DNA of 64,000 bases, from assembly GCA_028534125.1 (NCBI GenBank), contig CM052817.1, positions 18,230,001 through 18,294,000 of the forward strand. Reading direction: 5' to 3'. Source of the DNA: Lama glama. Taxonomy: Eukaryota. Shown here in pieces: positions 55,604 through 64,000 of the stretch; the first letter of the stretch is position 1; every line of letters starts with the position of its first letter. The notes beneath the pieces are model-generated. The model saw only the letters and a program-made list of their open reading frames with translations. It was not told the origin of the DNA and did not search any database. Position numbers and translations under genes: made by a program.

Positions 55604-56084
55604 TGTTACCGAAGGCAGGTTCGTGTGCCCGCTGCACCAAGAGGCGAAACAAGCTGAAACATCAGAGTCTGGAGCAGAGAAAGTTTCACTGCAGGGCCGA
55701 GCAAGGAGGATGGGGTGGCTCATGCCCCTAAAACCCCAAACTCCTTGAAGGGTTTCAGCAAAGCCTATTTAGAGGCCAGGTAAGGGTGGGGGGAGGGTCG
55801 CAGGGTATGTGATCAACTTGTGCACAGTCCTCTGATTGGCTGATGTAGAGGTGACAGGGCGATCCACACTATGAACCCCTAGGTTCCAGAAGGGTTGGGG
55901 CCATGAGCTGTCTCGATCATCAAGTAGTTCATTTCTTCCCTTGGGTGGTGGTTTTAAGCGTGTGAAAAACTCAGGAAATATACATGAGATGCTGTTATCT
56001 GGGTACCTCAGAGAGGAGCTACAGCGGAGGACACGGAGAAGGGGTCTGACCCTTGAAGGCCCCACAGGGTCCTGCTCGGTTGCA
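55604..56084 (-). mobile_element. ERV1-class solo LTR
   Basis: TG...CA termini (tgttaccga...tcggttgca); 4-bp flanks aaac/gaac (one mismatch); CCAAT box on the minus strand (ctgattggctg). Confidence 0.75.
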
Positions 56085-56639
56085 GAACTTCGGAGGGAAC
56101 AAAGAGATACCAGGCAATGCCCTTGGATTTTAAGGAGCCAGCTGTGGGATAAGAGAAACGTCCTGCCTTTTCATCAGCTGGGCACTTCCTTTCCATTGTT
56201 AACCAGCCAGGGTCAGGAAGCCCGCCTAACTGCCTCTCTCAATAGCACTGGGTGTCCAAGGGAGGCACAGTGGCTCTGTGATGCCGTCAGAGCCTGGGCT
56301 CCTCCGCTTTCCATGCTTCATCCATCCTGAGCTGCCCCCAGCATCGCAGGCACCTGCCAGGCAGGAGGAAGTGTGAGAGCAAAGCGGCCTCGTCATGGTG
56401 CTTTTCCAGAAGCCTCGCCCAGGAACCTTCTTCGGCACAGCAGCCAGAACTGCGCCCCACAGCCCTTAGCAGCTAGAGAAGATAGGGTGGGGAATAGAGT
56501 GGCCGAGCCGAGTGTGCACTTGCTTATCCTTGGTGTGCTGCTGCCCTCAGACACAACTCCACCGATAACAAAGCGCGGGGAGTGGATTTTACATAAAGAA
56601 TTAGAAACGCTGGCCACAGGTCATTGAGAACTTGCCTGA

Positions 56640-57000
56640 CTTTGAGATACATTTAAAAATACCTGAGTTTCTACCCTGTGCCGGGAACCATTTTAGATGC
56701 TGAGAATACAACGTTAAAAAAACAAACAACAACAAAATGAAAAACAGCCCCCACTCTTGTGGGGCTTACATTCTAGCGGAGGATACAATAAACAAATGAA
56801 ATATGGGTGTTAGATGAAGGCAGTGCCCACATGGGGAGGGCTGAGGCGGTGGGTGGCAGTTTCCAGTCGGGTGCTCAGGGAAGATCAATGTCATGAAAAT
56901 GTCACTGAGTAATGACAGGAATGGAGTGAGGGACAGAGCCAAGTGAACACCTCGAAAGAAGCGATGACAGAGCAACAGGAACGACAGATACAAAGGCCCT
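56640..57000 (-). mobile_element. L2 fragment, antisense
   Basis: cctgagtttctaccctgtgccgggaaccattttagatgctgagaatacaa...ggggcttacattctag...caaaggccctg. Confidence 0.65.
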
Positions 57001-58959
57001 GGGTTCTTCTTTGTATTTCCAAGGCCTCCTTGCTTTATGGATTCTCAATATTTTCTATCTTAATTTCTTCCTATGGACACTGGTACGTACAGTCATGCTA
57101 CCTATAAAGGGCAATTCTGGGGTACCTGGTGCTTCCTCCCCACTTTGGAAAAACCAAGGTGCTTGAATGTACAGGAAGGAAGGGAGGCACTTGAGAAATT
57201 AAGAGACTTTCCCACCTCTCTCCCCCTCCTGAATCCTGTTTCCTTATCACTTGGGAGACTATGCTGTAGTGATTATGAAAAAGGACTTCGGAGTCTTGAT
57301 GGGTCTGAGTTGAGCCCGGACATCTCCTACCTGTGATCCTGGGCAAGTAACGAATCCTCCCAGAGCCCGGGAGCCCGTCTGAGCCGTCAGGATGCCCGGG
57401 CCCCCTTCACCACTGCTGTGTCAGGTGATGTGTGTGAAGGGCCCACCCTGACGCTGGGTGCCCATCGGGTATCTCTGCTCTCCTCCCCTTCCGTGTGGTC
57501 TTCAGCCTCTGGCTTGCATAGAATATCTGGGGCAGATCAGGCGCTGCCCTATGAAAAAAGAACCTACTCTTTACGAGTGTGCGAGAGCCTCGTGTCACAT
57601 ACGTATTCTTCAGTGAGGTCATATTTACCAGCCTGTCTCCACACCCCACCCCAAAGGCTTCTGAGAGGTTGACAGGAGACCCTGACTTACCTGAGTGTCA
57701 GGCACCAGCGCTGCTCACCTTGTGAAACCGCGTCGTTGTCTGGAACTGCCCACCTGCAGACTCCATCCCCGGCCTCACCCTGTGCCTCCTGGCTGCTGAC
57801 TCCTTGCTCCCTTCGGCCCCGCCAGGCCTGTCGTGGAGCCCAGTCTCTGGACAGAAGCCCCCTCCTCTATGTCCGTCAGCCACATCCTGGCTTTCCTGTG
57901 TTCTCCTCCCTGAATTTCACATACATCTCTGCAGTCGCCTGGAGCTCCCTCCGACACACCCCTGATTCCTCACCCAAAATCCCACGCTGAGAGCAGTGTA
58001 GCCAACCAACCCCCTTCTCACCTCAGCCAGGTTGTTCCAAGTTGGCTCCCTTTCCCATTTCTCCCAGTGACCATCCCAGTCCTTACCATGTCTTCCCATT
58101 GCCTCCCGCACCACCACACCCTCAGTCCCGGGAACAAACCTCCGTCCCAGGAACAGACGGCTTATTTGGTACAAACATCTTCAGCTTCTTGTCCCTAAAC
58201 TTACAAGATGATCTGTGTAGACAACTGTCCTTTCTCTCTTCACCATCAGAGGAAAAGTTGATTATTTTTCTAACCAAGGGTCACCCAGCCATTCAGGTTT
58301 TGAATTTCATGCTCTCCTGCCTCTTCTGGGATGTGACTCATTAATGGTCTCCCTTTACTGTGGTATCTGTAATCTCTTTTTCATGGCTTTCTTTTTCACA
58401 TTGGGAAACAGACTCAAAGCTTTATTATCTTGAAAAAAAATATCCTTATCACTCTCTAGCTTTCATATCTTACTCAAGGATCTAGGAAGGTAGTCAGTGA
58501 TTATGTAAAATTTTCAAAAAGTGAGTCTGTGTCAAGGATTTATTAAACTCATGGATGAAGGACAGTGAGAGCCGTTCAGAACATTCCTGAGACGTCCAGC
58601 CTCAGAGGGAAAAGCGCCCCGGCCGAGGCAGGGCTGCCGCTTCCCCTGCGCGGCCCCGCATTTAGCTCTCAGGTAACGCTCGCCTTTCTTTTTTCTCCTG
58701 GACTCAATCCTTTGCCCTTTTCTCTCATCAATTGAGTATTTTCTCTGAGAGATTGTCTGTCTATTGATTTAATATGGTGTCACATACTAATAATTTGTAT
58801 TTTTAAAAACCTTGCCCAGCCTTGTAATCTGCCCCAGGACATCTGCATCATAGGACTTAAGAATAAAACCAAGCCAGAGGAAGGACATTTGCCAGTAATT
58901 AGCTGCTTTGTAGAACAAAACCAACCTTCTTTAAAGAAAACAGCAACAATCATGCATAT

Positions 58960-60650
58960 GACAAATGATTCTCATAAGGGACGATGAAGTCCAGAAGGAA
59001 ACAGAACATTTTAAAAATGTTTGAGGAAAGAAAAAACTCTTTCAACCAAGAATTATGTATCCAGAATGAAGATTCTTCAAAAATTATGATGAAATAAAGA
59101 GATTTTCAGATAAAATAGAAACAGAAAATTTGTAGTGCCAGTAGACTTGCACTACAAGAAATGCTAAAGGGAGTTCTTGAGCCTAAAGAGAAACGATATT
59201 GATGAAAACTCAGATATACAGACAGTGATGAACAGCCCTGGAAATGATAAATATGTGGATAAATATAAAAAAACAATTTTTTTTACTTTATCTTTAAAAA
59301 AGCACATGGGACTTTAAAGCAAAAGTAACACTGCACTTTGGAATTTATAATATGTCAAATCCAATATATGACCCTAACAGCACAGGGGACAAGAAAGGAA
59401 CTGTCCTCTTGAAAGCATCTTACCTTTCACGTGACGAGGTTCAACAGGTACCCTCTGTAGGATGTAACGAGTAAGGGTGAAGAGAGTCATTCCTACCATG
59501 ACCGCTAAAAAGAATAAGATATTGCCCAAACTTCTGTGAAACGAATACATAGAAAGCTTGAAATTCGATTAATTCAAAGGAAAACAAGCAAGGAGAAATG
59601 GAGAAACAGTAAGAAGAAAAAAGAAAGACTGGAAAAATAGAAAACAAATAGCAAGATAGTAGAATTAAACCCAATCATGTTAATTACTTAAGGTGAATTG
59701 ACTAAACTCTTCATTTAAGAGGCAGAAACTGTCTGCATAAAAATGTAAGACTCTACAGTATGCTACCTATAAGGGAAGCAATTTAAATATAAGTATTCAG
59801 GTAGTTTGAATGTGAGAAGAGGGGCAATGATATACCATGGAGTAGTAAGCATAAGAGAGGTGCTGTGCCTGCATCAGTTTCACAAAGAAGGCGTCCAAAG
59901 ACTATTGCTGCATATAAACAGGGGCATTTCCGAATGATGACCTAGTTCACCGGGAAGACACAGAAATCCTAAGTAGGTAGGGCGGCTCCTGCTACACAGC
60001 TTTAAAATACATGAAACAAAAACACAGAATTAAAGCAAGAACTAGACAAATCGACAGTTACAGCTGGAGATTTTAACACCTGGTTTTCATAAATTGATGT
60101 GTTTCCAAGTCCAAACTCGTCCTGCTCAGTGCACGACAGGCCGATAAATTGGGAGACGAGGTGTTGAGGCAAGGAATGACTTTATTCGGGAAGCTGGCAG
60201 ACCAAGAAGACGGGAGAATAATATCCTAGAGAACCATCTTCCTCAAGTCAGAATTCAGGCTCCTTTTATACAAAAAAAAAGAGGGAGTGTGGTTGTTGCA
60301 AACTTGTTGGTGTCAGAATTCTGTGTTCTTGTAACTGTCCATGTCAGGTCATTGTGTCCCTGTAAACCTCCAACAAAACAAGTGTTATTTTCTATTCTGC
60401 AAATTGTTATCTTTCTATGAATGAGAAAGTGTTATACCCTTAGAGGTCAGAGCCTTGAGAATGGGCTCTCCTGTGTATTTCAGGCTCTAGGCAACATTCT
60501 TTTTACAAAAGGTGCAGAACCAGCATGACTAAGCCCAGGAAACAGAGCACAGGGTTAAAGACAAAGGAACAGATGTAATATGAAGTCAGATTTGTTGTTT
60601 TCTATTACAGCTGGAACAAGAAGACCAAAAAAAAAAGAAATCAGTAAAGA
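58960..60650 (+). mobile_element. L1 fragment (ORF1 C-terminus to ORF2 endonuclease start), interrupted by an LTR
   Basis: tcaaccaagaattatgtatccag...gaaataaagagattttcagataaa...ctacaagaaatgctaaagggagttct (ORF1); aaaatacatgaaacaaaa...ctggagattttaacacc (EN region); resumes after 60609. Confidence 0.75.
60100..60609 (-). mobile_element. ERV1-class solo LTR nested in L1
   Basis: TG...CA termini; 4-bp flanks gatg/gctg (one mismatch); minus-strand TATAAAA (60264-60270) upstream of minus-strand AATAAA (60181-60186). Confidence 0.8.
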
Positions 60651-62061
60651 AAGGGAAGGGAAAGTTGGAGAGGGGGATACACTCCCTCCCCCACGCTGAC
60701 CACTTGTGCCCTGGTGTGCCCTGCCTCCTGCTCAGCTCTCGCAAACACAGTTTTGAAATTTCCTTCCCTCCCCGCTCTGTTTAGCAAATGTGTGTGGAAT
60801 CAACTAGATAAATTATGAAACATATGTCACAATTCTCTTTGTTCTATGACAATATAAAGCTGCGGTTATTTTATCCAGAGGGAAAACACAGAACAGGCGA
60901 GCACTTGAGTACAACTGAAAAGCGCAACTCAATGGCAACATCCCAACTTGCCCGCAATTATTTATTTGCTCAACAGAGACAGGTGAAGAGCTTGGCATTA
61001 CTTTGGATACCAGTTTGCTTTACTCTATTTGGGTTATTTGATATGGTGGCCATAGTTACAGTTTCTAACTTGTCAGTTGCAATTATTTGAAAACAATATT
61101 GAAACAAAAGCCCCACGGTTTTCTTCAGTGTTTCTCCCTGCCTTTGTCATTTTCTCCTAAGCTTTCTTCTCCTTCCTTTCTTTCCCATTGTGTCTCCCAT
61201 CACCTGGTTCACAGTTCTTGGGGGAAATCTCTGAGCTATAACCAGGGTTAGGAGAAAGCACTGGCCTAACACACGAGTGATTCGGCAGCGTAGACACTTT
61301 CACCTGCGTGATGCGGTGGGGAAAGGGCTTGTCGCATTTGCACGTGGAAGCCTGTGCACATTTTGTGAAGTCCTATGTCCCAGAAGTCTTTGAGTTCCAG
61401 AGTTGGCCCGCTAACGCTACTGTTGTGTTAGACTCTTGTCTTCCCACCTGACTAGGCTGGCGTTAGTCGGAATGGCTCAGAATCGCTCTTTGTATGTTTC
61501 CATGCTAGTAACAGCCTCCTAGGTCCTCTCTTCCTATCTCCTTTGGTCAGGATTCACCAATAATACTTCTTCTTCTATGCCAAGTGTCACAAACTGGCTG
61601 CCCTTTGAACCAGAGCTGTCCCTCAAACACTGCACAGTTAAAATAATTTTTTTTAAGTTCCAAATGAAAACATCTGAAGATTTCACATGCAGATACAAAC
61701 TTCCTGATGTCTTTAAACAAAACCAAGAAAGGAAGACCAGGTGTTACTGAGCCTGGCTCCGCTCATGTATCCAGGTGCCTGGCAGCCTGGTGGAGTCCGT
61801 GTTTGTGACTCCTCTTGAACTGCCCTCTCCATCTGGTCAGCCGCCCTGCCCTCCTCTTCAACCTCCCAAATACCCCAGGGTCCAAAGAAGTGAAAAAAGT
61901 CTGCAGAGCTCTGATGTAAGCCCTGTAAGAGTAACAGGGATCTCCTGTCTAGAATTCCAAGCCTCCTTCTCCTGTCAGTATCAGATACACGAGCAAACCT
62001 TTTCATTTTGCTTATTTTCCATCTCGGGAATAAAGCAACCTGAAAATTTTTAATAAAAAGC

Positions 62062-62095
62062 TGTAGTATCCTATAGTTGTCACTAGATGACAGTA
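62062..62095 (+). promoter_or_regulatory. Candidate CTCF site with upstream (zinc finger 9-11) motif, degenerate core
   Basis: tgtagtatcc, 6-nt spacer, then tgtcactagatgacagta; resembles TGCAGT-type upstream motif plus CCACTAGATGGCAG core with two transitions. Confidence 0.35.
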
Positions 62096-64000
62096 TTGTA
62101 CCAGTATTCTCTCAGCTCTTCCCCATTCCCGCCACCTTCAAAATGTTAATTATATAATTTTTCGTGGGAATAATTTTGGTTTCTAAATTTATTGCAGTAG
62201 TTTTCCAGTAATGTCAAATTTATCAGTAAGCAGGTAGCGTCCATAAGCTGCAGTATTTAAAAGAACAAAATGACTATTTATTTATTTATTTATTTCCCTC
62301 CTTGGAGCTTCCTGAGTTGATTAATAGAAACAGACCATATTGCCACGTATAATCGTCACGATTATGCAGGCTGTTCATTTACCGTTTGTGTGTTCACATG
62401 TGTTCAGCTGCCACATCTGCAGTGCATGTTGGAAAAACAGCCCCTTCTCTGTGCACTTTGAAACATCAACTGTTTCTCATTTGGAGCAATTTCTTTATCT
62501 TGTTTTGTGAATAATCATTGTTACCCACAAATCTGGGAGGCAAGGGAGCAGAAAACAGTCTGCACGACAAGGAGGAGGACTTTAGAGATGCACATGTGTG
62601 TAAGTAGATGAACGAGAGCTGTGGGCCGGCCTCATGCACAAACAAGGCAAGTGCTGGGAGAGGGAAGTTGCGTGTGTTAATTAGATTAATGGTTTGGGAA
62701 CAAATCCATTTCAGAGCAGCTAATTAAATGTTTCATTTTGAGTTATTTTGTGTAATTTGCTTGGGTATGTGACAGCCAAATATTAAGTATTTAATTTTAC
62801 CTTGAAGTACAACCCACCAATATTTCACTGATTTAGTTCTTTGGTTTTGGTACTTTGGGTTTTCCACGTGCCCTCTTTTTGGTCCTGGTTAATCCACTTG
62901 ACAGCTGACCGTGAAACGGGGACCCTGCAGTTTCCTTTTATAAAATGATCAGTTACACCTGGGACCAACCCGAGTAGGATTTAAGCTTTCTTGCTGTCAT
63001 CACCTTGATTACATCCTGAAAGGTTAGAGGTAGAAGAACTCCTTGCGGGTTTCTCTCATCCAGCCTTCTAGTGCTGCGGTTTCCCTGACGAACTGGTCCT
63101 CCAGGTCCTGCATGAGCCCCTCCCCCGCCCCGCCCCAGGGACGGGACTGTCTTGGGCAACATGGCATCAGCACTGGCCTCACTGAAGGACAGGAAGGACT
63201 CGGGGGATATTTTTCCTCACAGCGAGCCAAGGGGAGGGCAGTGGCAGGAAGGAAATGCAGGTGGACAGGTGAGCAGGGCTGTGCCCGGGGAGCTCTGCAG
63301 GCTGCAATGAGGAGTTTGGGTCCTTGGCAACAAGGCGCTCCAGGCAGCTGCTATGATTCCATCAGAAATGGCACACGGGATGGAACCTGTCTCACGTCCC
63401 AGGTTTATTCTACAGGCAGTGTGCACAGTCTTCTGTGACCTCTCCCCAATGAGAGAGAGACAGCCTTTCTCTGTGGCTCCAGACTCCTCCCCACCCGTGA
63501 GTCAAATGCCTTGAATCTTAGATCCAAGTGATGGTTTTTAACCTCTGTTCCACTACAGGTATACCCCTCTTTCCCCACCTTGCTTGGAGTCTGGCTTTTG
63601 AGTAGAATTTGGCAGCACCCGTGTAAGATGTCTAGAAAAAAGGTCACCAGCTGCCTTTGCTTTCAGGCAAAGGCACCCCTGTTAGCGTGAGCTGGGTCCT
63701 CCCCTGCGAAGTTGGGGCAGAGCGCAGCCTCCTCAGTCCAGCCCCTCCCTGGGGCCGATCCTGACTTAGGCACTCCAGCTCCTCCCAACCACCCTTCTGG
63801 ACTCCTCTCCGCCTCCCCCTCCCTTCTGTGTCCTTTGGGACCAAAGTTAAGACTGTACATCTTGCACAAAGCCTGCTAGGACACACCTGTCTCCACAACA
63901 GGATTCTCCTGCTCTCTAAATGCCTCAGTCCAGCTGGTTAGATCCTCAGTCCACCAAGTGGGAGGAAGTTTTGAAAGATTCTTCAGAGAGGTGTGTGGGG

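Noticed and set aside
51142..58344. Dense ORFs of 60-129 aa downstream of STIM2 suggesting another gene
   Set aside because: No recognisable domains; many overlap LTR, L2 or MIR remnants; explained by higher GC content.
61580..61820. Possible hAT-type DNA transposon fragment
   Set aside because: The resemblance is too vague to assign a family or boundaries without a Dfam search.

Overview
Mammalian genomic DNA containing the 3' two-thirds of STIM2 (stromal interaction molecule 2, an ER Ca2+ sensor that gates Orai channels) on the + strand. The window opens inside a large intron (intron 3 by human numbering). It then carries nine constitutive coding exons from 20907 to 47378 (SAM, TM, CC1, CAD/SOAR, Pro/His-rich region, polybasic tail), with consistent splice phases throughout. 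A 3' UTR runs to about 48.3-48.6 kb, followed by about 15 kb of gene-free, GC-richer downstream DNA. A tRNA-derived SINE resembling camelid Vic-1 suggests a camel, alpaca or llama. The rest is largely ancient L1, L2, MIR, MLT1, MER20 and ERV LTR remnants; repeat families are called from recalled consensus motifs and their boundaries are approximate. I found no support for a wholly new biological system. The most notable observations are: (1) the 24-nt STIM2.1/STIM2beta microexon, which here encodes GAASYPIQ instead of human VAASYLIQ, with candidate splicing-regulator motifs around it; (2) sharply local GC/CpG-rich patches in two exons and in old repeats, suggesting GC-biased gene conversion; (3) a tail-less, 3'-truncated L1 (5'UTR plus ORF1 start) flanked by a target-site duplication; (4) an in-frame stop just past the exon 11 donor that could give a STIM2 lacking its polybasic tail.
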